In this document: positions 38,600-52,629 of the stretch, in pieces
Numbering within the stretch: the first letter of the stretch is position 1
How the letters are laid out: each line of letters begins with the position of its first letter
Source: Octopus vulgaris
Lineage: Eukaryota
Direction of reading: 5' to 3'
Assembly (NCBI GenBank): GCA_951406725.2
Contig: OX597830.1
Coordinates: 39,494,001 to 39,558,000 of the forward strand
Length of the DNA: 64,000 nucleotides
Program-made: the position numbers and the translations under genes
The notes under the pieces: generated by a model
Told to the model about the DNA's origin: nothing
Seen by the model: the letters and a program-made list of their open reading frames with translations, nothing else
The model's database searches: none

Positions 38600-38821
38600 A
38601 AGGGGGGGGGAGTTCTGAGAAGGTCTTGGCTTTGAGTAAAACAAAATACAGGAGGAACAGTTAACTATGATTTTATTCAACATATTCCCCTCTCAGATTC
38701 ACACACTAATTGCAGTGGTCCTTCAGTTTTTCTAAGTCCTGTAAAAGAACTCAGAAGGCTGGGCCTCCAACCAAGCCTTTTGCAATATACTTAAAGCCAG
38801 GAACTTTTCAGTACCTCCTCA
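38600..38821. mobile_element. mariner-type MITE (degenerate)
   Basis: Imperfect TIRs ggggagttctgagaaggtcttggctttgagta / tacttaaagccaggaacttttcagtacctcctc, flanked by TA. Confidence 0.65.
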
Positions 38822-39201
38822 TACAAGTTTTTCTCATATAAATTTCTCCACTCAGTCATAAAGAAAATGGCTACGGGTTTTAAGTTCAATAGTCAGTATT
38901 ATATAATCATTGCTTCTGTTCATGTTTTCCAACTTGTTAAGTGATTTATTTCAACCATAAGCTGCTGAAACACCAGTAACCAAAGAATAAATGTGATATC
39001 AGGACATCCATTCTTTTCGCTAAAGTAAACTTCATGGACTTTCAGTTTGTGTGAAACACTTCTACTGAAGCAATGTTCCTTTCTAGACATTTTATTATCA
39101 AGTATTTACAGGAGTGCAGACTGAGGTAACTACCTGAATTCCTGGATTCCCTCTCATTTGCAATGTATATCTGTTTGCATATGTATATATAAGTGTATAT
39201 A

Positions 39202-39239
<38 letters not shown>

Positions 39240-39242
<3 letters not shown>

Positions 39243-39560
39243 AAAATACAAAATGGGACAAGAACGCAAAACATCCAGACAGTTACGTGATACAAAAAGG
39301 CACAACAAAATATCCAGATACACGATACACAGAAAACAAGGATGGGTCATTCGGAGTTTTCTTTCCTCAGTCGAGTTTCAGATTATCTTTGCAATTTCAG
39401 CTGGTTATACTCAAGATTGCTCCAGTCTGGCCAGCCTCAAGGAAAAACTAAGCTAAGAGCATTAGATTCCTTGGAAGAAAGCAGCAAATGTATATGAAAA
39501 CAAAAACGGAGAATGTTACACAAATACAAATAACAGGACATAACAACAGGTGTCTTTCGA
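39240..39560 (-). mobile_element. (TA)n-associated repeat; second copy at ~26352-26600(+)
   Basis: Reverse complement matches 26352-26600; both copies abut (TA)n. Confidence 0.7.
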
Positions 39561-39654
39561 TTAAGGACGAATTAAATTAAGCTGGCGTGTGTGGAAATAA
39601 AGCCTTACAGCAGGGATACAAGATTTTGCAAGGACAGGGAGTAATATAGATGTT

Positions 39655-39942
39655 GAGTCAGAGCATGTCATAAACTGAAAGGACAGTTGGAAGTTGATCC
39701 GGACCGTTTTTTAAAAGGTCACCACTGGTGACGAAAACTGGTGCTATAGAATTTGAAGATGTAGAAGAGGTGGAGAACAAAACGACAGATGTGTTAAAAG
39801 GCATTGCTTTGCAAGAGTTTCAGCATTGCTTTGGATAGTGGAAAATGGACCTGGACCAATGCATTACTTCATATGAAGAATACTTTGAAGGCAATAAAAG
39901 TGTAAACATAATATTCTGGTTTCTTTTGGGTACCCCCTTGTA
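39655..39942 (+). mobile_element. Internally deleted mariner transposase remnant
   Basis: Reads VTTGDENWCY fused to FEDVEEV…FQHCFG*W…CI…EYFEG; ends in the TIR-like gtacccccttgta. Confidence 0.7.
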
Positions 39943-42249
39943 TTAACTTCAGTCCTTAAATGATATTTTATCAACAGCAAAAAAGATGAAAAGTAAAGTC
40001 AGCCAGGTTGAGATTTGAACTCACAATGTAAAAGGATGCAACTAAACACCACAAGGCATTTTCTTCATTGCTCTACTGATTGTGCTAAATCTACTGCCCT
40101 TGTTATTAATTTGATATTAAAACTGCAATACAACATTTATGAAAGAACCCATGCCCCAATCTTCTTCACTGAATTCGTTCTTTCTCAGTCAAGATCTTCA
40201 ATCAGTTTTGTTCTCCTTAGTGTGTAGGTGTGAGAGCGGTGAGTGACAGAAGTGTGTTGTGAGAACAATGAGATGTTTATCCAAGCGAGTGCTGTCAATG
40301 TTGTTTGTTGTGTGTGATTAATAACCAACCTGTAGAAGTCAAATATAAAGAGGAGAGTTACTGACTGATATGATATTAATCATTTTGGCATGCAGAGCAA
40401 TGCAGAGACATCAAGGAGCTGAGTGAGGATAAAGAGACAATGGAAATTTAGACGCTAAAAAAAAAAAAAAGAAATTAATGAATGAAGCAAGATGTAAAGA
40501 AAGGAATAATAAATGAAAAAGATACAAAATTCTAAAATGATAAAAAAAAAATACAAAACAAACGGAAAACAAAATGAAAAGGACAAAAGAAACCAAAAAA
40601 CACAATGTGGAGAGAGAAAAAAAAGAAACCATTCCAGTAATGAATATTTTAAAAGCCAGAAATTACATATTTGACAAGTTGATTTGAGAAAGCACACTCC
40701 ATACAATTTGAAGTTTGTCTCATTTCTGTCTTGTCCAGATGCAGACAAATTACTACTAAAAATGAATCAAATTGATTGGGTAAACAAACAAGAATTGACA
40801 ATTGGCTGATTAACAGAATTTGTCAGAATTCTCTTTCTCTTTCGTATATGTTATTTAACAGCAAAGTTTATGTTGCTAAGTCATATTGCCTTTTTACTTT
40901 TGATTATGAACTGAGATACCTCAAAGTAACTTACATACTGCAACTCTTGTGCATAAATTATTACACGGTAAATGAGAACGTGTATTATTACATAAAGCTG
41001 TAAGTGTATTCAATACTGTTGGTAATGTTTTATTCCCAAACGCAAGATGCTGCCTCAGCCGGCAAAATCCACCCCCAAACACAAATTCTAAGCAAGTATG
41101 GATCAGTGTCTCATTCAATCCCTTAAGTCACTCAAATCGATCACTTTTATGGTCAATAAATGAAGATATTATTATTCTTTTTGTTCAACTATTAACACTT
41201 ACAGAACATTGTCCTTTTTTTTTTTTTAGATGATATTTTAGTCTTCAAATGTTAAGATGAACACTTCTAAGGGAATGTTCATGTGAACACTGCAGCTCTT
41301 CGATTTCACAGCATTCCCACTTTCTACAGCAGTGAGCTGTACCACTTTGTGGTACTTGTTTAGAGTTAGGAAGACCTTAGGCAATGAGACTTAAATGTTT
41401 TGAACACATGAATTCAGTACCAGAAATATAGTATAGTACGAACACAGACCTCTCATTCAGAACTATAATGACTCAAAAGTCCTGGTTTGTTGTTATAGCA
41501 GTTGCAAACGTTAATGTTCAATAGTCTCGTGTAGTCCTCTTTAAGTTCCACACAGGCCTACCATTGATATAAGGACATATCAAGTGTTTAAAGCCATGAT
41601 ATAACCCAAATTATCAATATTTATATCCCTGGTTCTTATCTTCGGTATAAAAACATGATATCCTAATAGTCAGAGACAAAAACAAATGACAGAGGAGTTG
41701 CTGAAGACGAATTTGCAGTTAACTTGATCTATTACATAACAGCTCCACTGACAACTTATGGCACCATTATATATAATATAAGAGAATGGCAACAAGATTT
41801 GTGAGTGACAAAAAAAAAATGTTTTGTGGTATTTGATCCAACTCTTTATATTCTGAGATCAAATCCAGCAAAGGTTGACTTTGTCTATCATTCTTCAGAA
41901 AGTTGAGGCCTCGAGCATAGATCCAAAATCATTATTCTGAACGTCAAAATGTTTTAAATTTACAAGCAAAAATAATACATGTAGGGCTGAACAACCAGTA
42001 TAGCATTGAACCAATTAGGGAACCACTACATGGTTTAAACATCTGCAAGAAGTCATCATCACAATTAACATCTAAGGTCTGTCTTCCCTACTGGCATGAG
42101 TTGGATGGTTCAACAAATATAATTTTGAAAAAAGCCTTTGAACTTTTCACTATAATTTAAAGAAATGTAAAATATTTACTTTTGAAATTAATCATCAAAT
42201 ATGTTATATTAATTTTATTATCATTATTATTATTATTATTATTATTATT

Positions 42250-42425
42250 TGATGAAAACTCACAGCTTGTTTTGCTGGGTATGATGGAAAGTGTCAGCTG
42301 TCCACAGCCAGCAGACTAAGGTGACACTTGTTTACTGGTCATGCTTCAAGAACTCTGAAGAATTCTTGCAGTTCAAAGCAATGCTCATTTTTGTACGTGT
42401 TCTACCTTCATACTTGCACCGATCT
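42250..42425 (-). mobile_element. Short decayed 3' end of another R4/Dong-like element at an (ATT)n tract
   Basis: Minus strand reads ~VEHVQK-ALL-TARIL-RVLEA*, resembling the C-terminus EVQKIVLTGTSHVLRRALSM of the 44.8-kb element; abuts (ATT)n. Confidence 0.6.
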
Positions 42426-43694
42426 TTTTTGAGGGACTGCATTGAGCTCCAGTGTCTGCTTTAGTAAGGTTTCAACAGCTGAATGTCCTTTCTAAAGCCA
42501 ATACCACCCAAATATCTTTCAAACCCCCCCCCCCCCCCACATCTCAAAAAGAAAAGACTTTAGATAATGTAGTCTTAGATTATATCTGGATGAAAGAATG
42601 GTAACAACTGGAGCGACTTTAATCATTGGTCTGTTTGAATGGGGTTGATTTGGAGCTACAGAACAACTACAACAATAAAGAAAACTTCTATAAGCTGAAT
42701 GGACCTGCTGAAAATAGCCAGTAAATCTTCCTATAATCACACTGAATTTCCTTATAAAAAAGGACACATTAGATAATATTTTCTTAAGAACACAATGTCT
42801 CAATAAAAGACAACTGATCATGACTAGAACTCGTGGTCTGCTGAATCAAGGCTGAGTTGGAGCTAAGCCTCAACAACAGCAACAAAAACACCTTTTGCTT
42901 TCAAATAAATTGAATGGACTACCATTGCACACAACAGCAGAAGTATAAACCAATGAGGCAGCCACAACATGGTCACCCACTAAGCCAGAAACAGCAGTCA
43001 TATTACTATCAAATTACACACTGGCTGCTATGGTTTTCAAACTATGAGATCACACAAAAAAGTTACTTTACAAAGAAAGTTAAAATACAATGACATACTT
43101 CACATGCAAAGGTAAAAAGAAGGCTGCTTTTAAAGTTAAAGCATTGGTAAAAAATGGAAGAAACTATTGCATACCATGTTTTATTATGCGAAGCTGTATG
43201 TAAAAATAAAATTATCAATACCATACAGGCATAAGTTTGGTTGTGTGGTATAGCAAAAATGTAAGAGGTTTATTGCCTCATTAATGTGTTTTTTCAACTG
43301 TGTAAGAGGTTTATTGCCTCAGTATGATACTTTAAAAGAACAATGTTTTAGAGAAGCAAAAGTCGGCGGGCGCTTTTCGTCTTCTCCCATCCTTATTATC
43401 CTTGTATCATTATCATTCATCTCATTAATGTCCGTGTCCAGCTCACAAGCTACCATACTCTATGTACTGCCTTTATGGCAAATTTAATAAAATAAAGAAG
43501 CTTGCTTCCTAACCACATAATTTCAGGATCAGTTTCACTGCATTGCTCGTTGGGCAAGGGTTCTCTACTATATTTCTAGGCAAACCAAAGCCTTGTGAAT
43601 AGAGTTGATAGATAGGAACTGAAATAAACCTGCTGTATATAGGTGGGTACATGTGTATGCATGTCTGTGCATGTGTATATGTCTTAATACTATA

Positions 43695-43927
43695 CAGGGT
43701 TGGCCAGAAGTCACCCGACAGTAAATCAAAATTCCATAAATACTATTTGTAATTCTGTATTGACTCAAATGGAAAAATGTGTTGGTTAAGAAGGACTTCA
43801 GTTTGAACAATTTTCATCATGTTTCAGATTTAGATGCTTTTATTAAATTCATTCAGTTGTTAAACATAAATAAATCTCGGAATTAAATGGTTTTGATTTA
43901 CTGTCAGGTGACTTTTGGCCAACCCTG
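43695..43927. mobile_element. Tc1/mariner-type MITE
   Basis: TIRs cagggttggccagaagtcacccgacagtaaatcaaaa / ttttgatttactgtcaggtgacttttggccaaccctg, flanked by TA. Confidence 0.9.
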
Positions 43928-44651
43928 TATTTGGCATTTTGATATGAACATCTTTTGCTTCATGTATAAGCACAGGCATGGTGATGTGGTTAAGAAGCAA
44001 GCTTCTCAACTATGTAGTCTTGGGTTCAATTTCAATGTGCAGCACCAAAATTAACTGCCTTGTACTATAGCCCAGGGCTGACAAAAGCCTCATGATTGGA
44101 TTTGAGGGAAACTGAAAGAAGACCATTGTTTTTCCATTCTGTTTGTTTCCTTGTGTGTATCTGTATGTTTGTGTGTGTATGTGTATGCATGTGTATGAAT
44201 TTCAGCATGTATCCTTATCTAGACATTATGGAATGGTTGTAAATGAGTGTCATCGTCATACAATTGAGGTTGTTTCCAGTCTTCTATAAAAAAAAAAACT
44301 GTCAAACTAAGGGAAAATGAAATCTTGCTTGCAAACATTATAGGTATTAATCAAATACTTGAGTTGATTTAATCAACTTTCCCTTAACTTCAAAAGCTAA
44401 CTTAACCCTTTCTCAAAATTTCTGACCTTGCACCTGGGTTAGAAACACTATTATTAGAAATGGTTTTCTTTTACAGGAAGCAATTCTTTATGGGCTACCA
44501 AAATATAATTTTGAAAAAAGCGTTTGTTTTTCTCTTTTTTGTTCAGCCTTTGAACTTTTCACTATAATTTAGACACATGTAAAATATTTACTTTTGAAAT
44601 TAATCATCAAATATTTTATACATTATTATTATTATTATTATTATTACTATT

Positions 44652-45907
44652 ATTTTTCTTCTTCTTTCAAATTTGCTTCCATTTCTTGCCGAGTGTCTTC
44701 CCAACTCCTAGGGCAAAGAAACTCATAGTATACATTGGTAGGCCATTAAACCAAACTCAGTAGTTCGTTCATTTTTTTTTTTTTTTTTTTTTTTTAAAGT
44801 TAAATTAAAATACATGAGCAGCAACAGTTCTCACATTGACAATGCTCTTCTCAATACGTGTGATGTACCAGTTAAGACAATCTTTTGCACTTCTTGCAGG
44901 GATGGTAAGCCAGGGATCATTCTCATATAATTTTCGGTTCCCTTCTTGATCATTCCTAGTGCTCCTACGATCACTGGTATTGTAACCGCCTTGAGATGCC
45001 ACATTTTCTCAATTTCAATGAGTAGGTCTTTATATTTTCTGAGCTTGTCAAACTCTTTCGCTGAGATATTATGATCACAGGGGATGCTCATGTCGATCAA
45101 TAAGCAAACTTTATTGTTTTGGTCTTTCACAACAATATCTGGTTTATTGGCCTTGATGGTTCGGTCTGTATGTACTGGAAAGTCCCACAGAATGGTTACA
45201 TTTTCTCCTTCAGTTACAGCCTCAGGGTGGTGATTATACCACTTGTCGGCAGTTTTGATATTGTAATGCCGACTTATTAGCCAGTGGAGATATTGGCCAA
45301 CTCTGTCATGTCTTAATTTATACTCCACTAGTGCTAAGACTTTACATCCAGAGATTAGGTGGTCCACTGTTTCAATCATGTCGTTGCAGAATCGGCATTT
45401 TGGGTCTGCTCCATTTTTCATCACATTGGCCTGGTAGTTCTGGGTTAATAGGCTTTGATCTTGAGCAGCCAGGATGAAACCTTCGCTCTCTGCTTTTAGC
45501 CCTGAGCTCCGTAGCCACTGATGGGTTTGCTTCTGGTCAACATCAGCTTGTTTGCTGCAGGTCACATATTTGCCGTGCAGAGGTTTCTCCTCCCACCTAT
45601 CAGCCAATTGCTCGTGCGCTTTTTTCATTGCCATCATTTTCACCTTCTTTGCAACAATAGTTGCCGTACTTCCCTCGGGTTGTTCAGTTTGGGTATCCTG
45701 CACGAGATCAGTAGCAAATTTCTTGCTTTCCTTTATTATAGAATGAAGCTTCTTTCGTCTCTCGTGATTTTCCACGAGCTTCAGCATCCAGTCATTCGAT
45801 ATTTCGAGATATTTGGCCAGTCCAATTGTGGTTGTTTTGTAAGCTAGTTCAAATTGGATCAGGCCTCGACCTCCTTGGGCTCTGGGAAGGTAAAGGCGAT
45901 CTACGTC

Positions 45908-45908
<1 letters not shown>
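44652..45908 (-). mobile_element. 5'-truncated R4/Dong-type non-LTR retrotransposon (restriction-like endonuclease) inserted in (TAA)n
   Basis: (ATT)n tracts on both sides (44623-44653, 45908-45960); encodes a CCHC finger, RHD and PD..D..K-KY motifs. Confidence 0.88.
44831..45787 (-). pseudogene. C-terminal Zn-knuckle + RLE domain of the R4/Dong polyprotein (318-aa open frame; RT missing)
   Basis: CRFCNDMIETVDHLISGC, RHD, WDF, KPDIVV…LIDMSIP…KLRKY, IVGALG motifs. Confidence 0.88.
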
Positions 45909-45960
<52 letters not shown>

Positions 45961-46394
45961 GGTGGTGGTGAGCTGGCAGAATCATTAGCATGCCGGGCAA
46001 AATGCTTAGCGGTATTTTGTCATTCTTTACATTCTGAGTTCAAATTCCACCAAGGTCTACTTTGCCTTTCATTCTTTCGGGGTCGATAAGTACCAGTTGA
46101 GTACTGGGATCAATCTAATCGACTAACCTCCTCCCCAAAAATTTCGGGCCTTGTGCCTAGAGTAGAAATTATTATTATTATTGATGTGGCAAGCTGGCAG
46201 AATCACTAGCACACAGTGCAAATGCTTAACGGTATTTTGCCCGTTGCTATGATCTGAGTTCACATTCCACCAAGGTTGACTTTGACTGTCATCCTTTCGG
46301 GGTCGATAAAATAAGTACCAGTTGAGTACTGGGGTTAATGTAATTGACTATCTCTCTCCCCCAAATTTCAGGCCTTGTGCCTATAGTAGAAAGG

Positions 46395-46426
<32 letters not shown>

Positions 46427-46551
46427 CATTATTATTATTATTATTATTATTGTTATTATTATTATTACTATCATTATTATTATTATTACTATCATTATTA
46501 TTATTATTACTATTATTATTATTATTACTATTATTATTATTATTATTACTA

Positions 46552-46613
<62 letters not shown>

Positions 46614-46675
46614 CTATTATTATTATCATCATTATTATTATTATTATTATTATCATCATCATTATTATTATTATT
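46395..46675. repeat. (TAT)n microsatellite at a SINE tail
   Basis: Read directly from the sequence. Confidence 0.97.
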
Positions 46676-46764
46676 GCACTAAAGCAAGCTAGTTTAGTTA
46701 TGAGGTATTTTATCTTGATGTTTGGTGAAAAAACACCTCCATAAATCTCGAGAATTTTTCTTAA

Positions 46765-46896
46765 AATTTACATTATTTACATTTGACAGATATTTGTCCT
46801 CATCTTTGTTGTTAACACTTTGCGGCTGATGTACTCTCCAGCCTTCATCAGGTGTCCTGGGAGAATTTTGAACTTGGGTTCTCATTCCTAAGGTAT
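46765..46896 (-). mobile_element. Second copy of the hammerhead-containing repeat body
   Basis: Reverse complement matches 47184-47318, including acac-CTGATGA-aggctg…cagcc. Confidence 0.75.
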
Positions 46897-47105
46897 GGAT
46901 AAATGGAGACTGCCTTCCCCCGTGGGATGAAGTTAAAATAATTGACAGAGAACACCACTGGAAAATATGAAAACTAAAAGAGGCAGCACATATGCAAGTC
47001 ACAATAACCTCCTAAGCAGACATAGTGCAGATATGGGTAGCATATGGGAAGGATAGGAAAATATTAGATTTATAAGCTCTAAAATTCACTCCAAAATTGC
47101 CCATA

Positions 47106-47348
47106 GGCATATGGCACAGTGGTTAAGAGCGTGGTCTACTAACCCCAAGATTCCGAGTTCAGTTCCAGGCAGTGACCTGAATAATACCATAGCAATGAGA
47201 ACCCAGGTTCAAAATTCCCCCAGAACACCTGATGAAGGATGGAGGCTATATCAGCCAAAATGTTGTGTTAACAACAAACAAGATGAGGACAAATATCCAT
47301 CAAATGTAAATAATGTAAAAATAATGTACATCTCTCAAATATGGAACT
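47106..47348 (+). mobile_element. tRNA-headed SINE-like repeat containing a hammerhead motif
   Basis: A box TGGCACAGTGG and B-box-like GAGTTCAGTTCC at 47111-47166; aacac-CTGATGA-aggatg…cagcc-AAAATGTT-gtgtt at 47224-47269. Confidence 0.6.
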
Positions 47349-47621
47349 TACTTAAAATTATTATTACTTGCTTATGGTTGATTCACCAATAACAAGTAAA
47401 GATTTCTCTTTTATTTCCTTTATCCTTTTATTTTTTTAAATTTAAATCAAGAACCGAATTATTTTTGAAAATGGAAAATAAACATCACAATATCAAAGGA
47501 ATTAAATACTTTTGTGTTTCCAGTTTTCCTCTCTTCTAAATCATGCGAATGCAGAACGAGATTTTTAACCATAATTTTGCATCATTCACAACTGAAAGAC
47601 TGTAAAAGAATACTCTTATTA

Positions 47622-47624
<3 letters not shown>

Positions 47625-47662
<38 letters not shown>

Positions 47663-47682
47663 TCTCTTTCTCTCTTACTCCC

Positions 47683-47725
<43 letters not shown>

Positions 47726-48215
47726 ATATATATATGTATTTATATATATGTGCATTTATATATGCTTTTATATATGCATATATATATATATACATAGATA
47801 TATTCATTATATACATTTATATATATATATGTGTGTGTGTGTATAATAATGTACATATGTATGTATGTATATATATCAACATACAAAGGTATATAAATAT
47901 ATTTACACACATACACAGATATATATATATGTATGTATATATAAGTATATGTATATGCATATATATATATATGTGTGTGTATATGTGTGTGTATATATAT
48001 ATATGTGTGTATATATATGTATATATATATATGAAACAAGGTGGAAAAAGAGTATATACAGTGTAGAGTAATATGTTTATATATATGTGCCGTTCATAGT
48101 TTATATATATGTGTGTATATATATGTATATATATATATACATATATATATATATAAATATACACATAAATATATAGATATATATACATCCATATTCACAT
48201 ATATACCTACTTTTA

Positions 48216-48256
<41 letters not shown>

Positions 48257-48437
48257 ATATATACATATATATATATCCATATATACATATATATACATAC
48301 ATATATATATATATATATATACATACATACATACATATATACTATATACACATAAGTACATATATGCATATATTCACATATATACATATGTACACAGACA
48401 CACACACACACACATACATATATACACATATATAAAT

Positions 48438-48477
<40 letters not shown>

Positions 48478-48478
48478 C
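47625..48478. repeat. Degenerate (TA)/(TG)/(CA) low-complexity tract
   Basis: Read directly from the sequence. Confidence 0.95.
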
Positions 48479-50699
48479 CTTTCCTGGTGCTATCAATAAA
48501 TATAACAATTCTTAACATTTCCCCTTCTCAGTATCACATTAATTCAAAATCTATGTACAGATTATCATGTTGTTTTTAAATATCATTTGAAGTAGTGCAA
48601 CAATAGTCGCCTATTCAGAGGAAGAAAGACAGAAAGCAACAAACAAACAAACAAACAAAGGTGAATAAAAATCATACAAAATACATTAAACAGTTCTAAA
48701 ATTAAAAGCAACAATTGAAAACCAAAAACATAGAATTTTAATTCGGCAGAGATCATGGAGATCATGCAAGTACAATTTCTATTTATTGGCAGGTGATCAA
48801 GGGCTCATAAATCTGTGTAACGTATTGTTTTCCAAGTAAATGTAAGGTCCTCTTGACATGTTACAAATAACACTACACTGTTTCAAAAGAGAATAACAAT
48901 ATTAGATATTGTTGCCTTAGGTGTTCTAGAGTTTTATAAAAACCGGATGGTCATGGCTAGATTGCCTTTTATCATAGACTCTCTGGGTCAGGCTGACCTG
49001 GGCTTAAACACCAATTTTTTTTTTCCTTTAGGTTTTAGGGGCATTATCAATAGAGTAAGGGACAAGGTCTCAGCTGGAACACCTTTCAATCAAAGCTTGG
49101 TTATAATTGAACTGGTGCTCAACAGCAGCAACAGCTACAGCAGCAGCAGTGGAGGCGCAATAGCCCAATGGTTAGGGCAGCGGACTCGCAGTCGGAGGAT
49201 CGCGGTTTCGATTCCCAGACAGGACGTTGTGTGTGTTTATTGAGCGAAAACACCTAAAGCTCCAGGAGGCTCCGGCAGGGGGTGGTGGCAACGCCTGTTG
49301 TACTCTTTCGCTCCAACTTTGTCTCACTCTTTCTTCCTCTTTCTTGTCTTCAACTTCCTATGCAACCGCTGAGCCTGGATGCACATTCAGCCATCCGTCG
49401 ATGCTCTCGGTGTCGGGGATCGACCTGCTTTCTTTTCTGCGGGTCTTACAAATAGCAAAGGACCATGTTTCGGACTTCTCCCATCTTGTGAGCTCTGGGA
49501 CGAAGACCGTTTGCTCAACAGCAACAGCAACAACAACAACAACAGCAACAACAACAACAACAACAACAAATTCCTTTGAGACTATGAGAAAATATGTGGC
49601 TGATCATTTAACTACTAATAATAAAAAAAAGCTAAATTATTTCAAATTAAAACCAACTGTCTTAGGATAGGACATGTTATATACTGTGATCATGAGTTCC
49701 CTGCATTTAAGACAAAAAATGGGATGGTCATGACTGGCTGGAATACTTGGATGATATGATCATTTGAACAGAGTTGACCTGGTGTTAAACAACAACAATG
49801 ATGTCAGCTGTTTCCAAATATGAAATCCTTAATATGATTTTCTACATGATTTATTTCTGTCCTTATAGCATGTAAAGAAAACGGTGTTGTAGAAATATAC
49901 GCAGCACTTGTAGTACACCAGTACTATATGTAGCTTAAATACTGAGATTGAAAAGTAGGGGCGAATTATGCCTACCTAATCAATAAAAAGATAATACATT
50001 TTGCATTTTATGCATCGTAATCAGACTAACCTAACCTTCATAATTTTATTGAATGAATTGCATATTTTGCCATGAGAGGAAAGTGTTGCTGCCAATCTAT
50101 TTTATTCAAGGTAGGCACTGTCTACCTAGGCAACACATCACTGGTTAAAAGGGTCCCCACTAAAGAAATATCACCAGTGAGATGTGTCAACAATGTCAAA
50201 AAAAGAAATCTTTTAACACCTATTCTGTTATTATTGGTTTCAAATTTTGGCATGAGGCCAGCAATTTCTGGAGCGGAGGTAAGGCAAAGTCAACCTTGGT
50301 GGAATTTGAACTAAGAACTTAAAAACAGATGAAATACTGCTAAGCATTTTGCCCAGCATGTTAACAATTCCACCAGCTCATTGCCTTCTTATTGTGTTAT
50401 TATTAACTGCTAATTGTATCGTGTTGCGACCTATACTTTCGAAAACATGCAGGATGTGGTGTAGAGCCATGGAGGTGGTGAGTTTAAAACTTTTGGAAAT
50501 CAGAATTCTTTTGTCAGTGAAATTTTGTCATATTACTAGCTTAGTACCTGTCAAAAATGATGGGGTTTATATCAGGCACTTTGTAGCATTTCTTAGAATT
50601 TTTGCTTCAAACTCTGCTTCATTACCTCTTTTCACTCTTCATTTTTCTCACTGATTCACTGATATACATCTTCGTCTTCTCTCTCTCTCTCTCTCTCGC

Positions 50700-51118
50700 T
50701 ATTATGGTCGTTGCTGGCGCCGCCCCGTCTAGCCTCCGTGTCGGTGGCACGTAAAAGCACCATTCGTTCGTGTCCGTTGCCAGCCTCGCCTGGCCCCCGT
50801 GCAGGTGACACGTAAAAGCACCATCCGTTCGTGTTCGTTGCCAGCCTCGCCTGGCCCCCGTGCCGGTGACACGTAAAAGCACCATCCATTCGTGTCCGTT
50901 TGCCAGCTCTGTCTGGCACCTGTGCGGGTGGCACGTAAAAAGCACCCACTACACTCACGGAGTGGTTGGCGTTAGGAAGGGCATCCAGCCGTAGAAACAC
51001 TGCCAGATCTGACTGGGCCTGATGAAGCCTTCCAGCTTCACAGACCCCAGTTGAACCATCCAACCCATGCTAGCATGGAGAACGGACGCTAAATGATGAT
51101 GATGATGATGATGATGAT
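50700..51118 (+). mobile_element. SINE-like family D with internal ~60-bp tandem array and (GAT)n tail; others at 30680-31076, 17880-18082(-), 26070-26280(-), ~3840-3980(-)
   Basis: Shared gttggcgttaggaagggcatccagc…aacccatgctagcatggaa…gatgatgat; 3-4 GC-rich tandem units at 50720-50950 and 30680-30920. Confidence 0.8.
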
Positions 51119-52629
51119 ATATATTTTGCTGACATCATAAGTATTTAGAAACTTTGTGAGTCAAAACATGTGAGTTCAAGTCCCAGAAGCAGGCTTCAAC
51201 TTTTTCTATCCAAAGGGCTTTTTAACACAATATTTACATGTTATTATTTTTAGCTTTATCTAATTCCAATTCCATCATTAAAAACAGATATATGTATGTG
51301 TGTGCATGTGTCTCTGTATGTCTGTGTGTAAATCAGTTTTCATCCTTTCACTTCTGTTTCTACACTTTCCTCTCTCAATTTAATATCATTCACAAATTTT
51401 TCTCTCCTATTCCCTCTTCATCCTACACTGTCAATCTCTCACCTATCCATTTGTCTAATTTACCTCCCTTTATGATACTTTCTCTCTTTCATTTCTCTCA
51501 GCACTAACACTGCTTTCTCCTTCTAATAGGGAAGCCAGAAGCCATCCAAGCAAAACATGACACACATCGCAAGACTTAGCACTTTATGTACTAAGATACT
51601 GAAGTTGTCAGTAATCAATCACAAGTGGCTTTATTGTTATTATCATCATCATCATCATAACAGATTACTTTTTTCCACAACAATGATTTTCTTTTTTCAA
51701 CTGGCTGAAAAAATTAAAATGTGAAGAGAGTATTTTCAACAAATCATCCATCACTGGCACCAAATGCAGATGATTTTCCAAATGATTACTACGGGTAATT
51801 CTTTACTTTTTTTTTAATCCTAAGGAATTCGTTAGTGACAGTATAAAACTGAATAGAAATATTGTCCAATTTTAGCTATTCTTAAACACTTTTTTTTCTA
51901 TGTGATAAATCATTTCTCAGGTTAAACAATAGGCTTCAAAAAAAACTACTGGTTGTTTAAGTTGATAAAATTCAAATCAGTTCACTTTTATTTTATTTTA
52001 TTTTATTTTATCTAGTTTCAGCTCATGAGGTGTGGCCATGCTGGGGCACCACCATTTGTGAACAAAAGCAATTTTTTTTTAAAATCAACAGTGTTAGTGT
52101 ACCATTTAAGAAGAAAAGAATTCTAATATTTCAGGCAAGGACAGGGAGGGTGGCCAGCTGGCAGAATAGTCAACATGCTGGCATTCCATCCATCTTTACA
52201 TTCTGTGTTCAAATGTTGCCAGGGTTGACTTCACTTTTCATCCTTTCAGGATCAATAAAATAAGTACTAGTTGAACACTGGAGGTGAAAATAATCAACTT
52301 ACCCCCTCCCTTGAAACTGCTGGCCTTATGCTAAAATTTGAAACCAATATTTCAGGCGTGGATGTTTTTCAGGTCATTTATCAAGAATCTTCCCAATACT
52401 TAAGTTGAGGCATTCTCCAAACACCAGACTGTTTAATTAAATTTAATTTAATTCTTTAGCATTTAAACCAACTTGATCTGACCTCTCACACCTGCCCTAC
52501 AATGTCATTCTAAAAATAATCAATCACAACACTGAAATCGGGAAGCTATCAGATATCAGATGATTAATTCAAACAATGAGAATAAACAGTACACTTGACA
52601 GAGTAATCTGAATGTTAAAGGATTAAAGT

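Noticed and set aside
40140-40340. Unique-looking block with a possible minus-strand splice acceptor near 40330
   Set aside because: No coding signal or matching donor could be supported.
49149-49225. tRNA gene calls for SINE heads (also 25350, 47106, 55762, 59727)
   Set aside because: Degenerate cloverleaves followed by SINE bodies and TSDs; not functional tRNAs.
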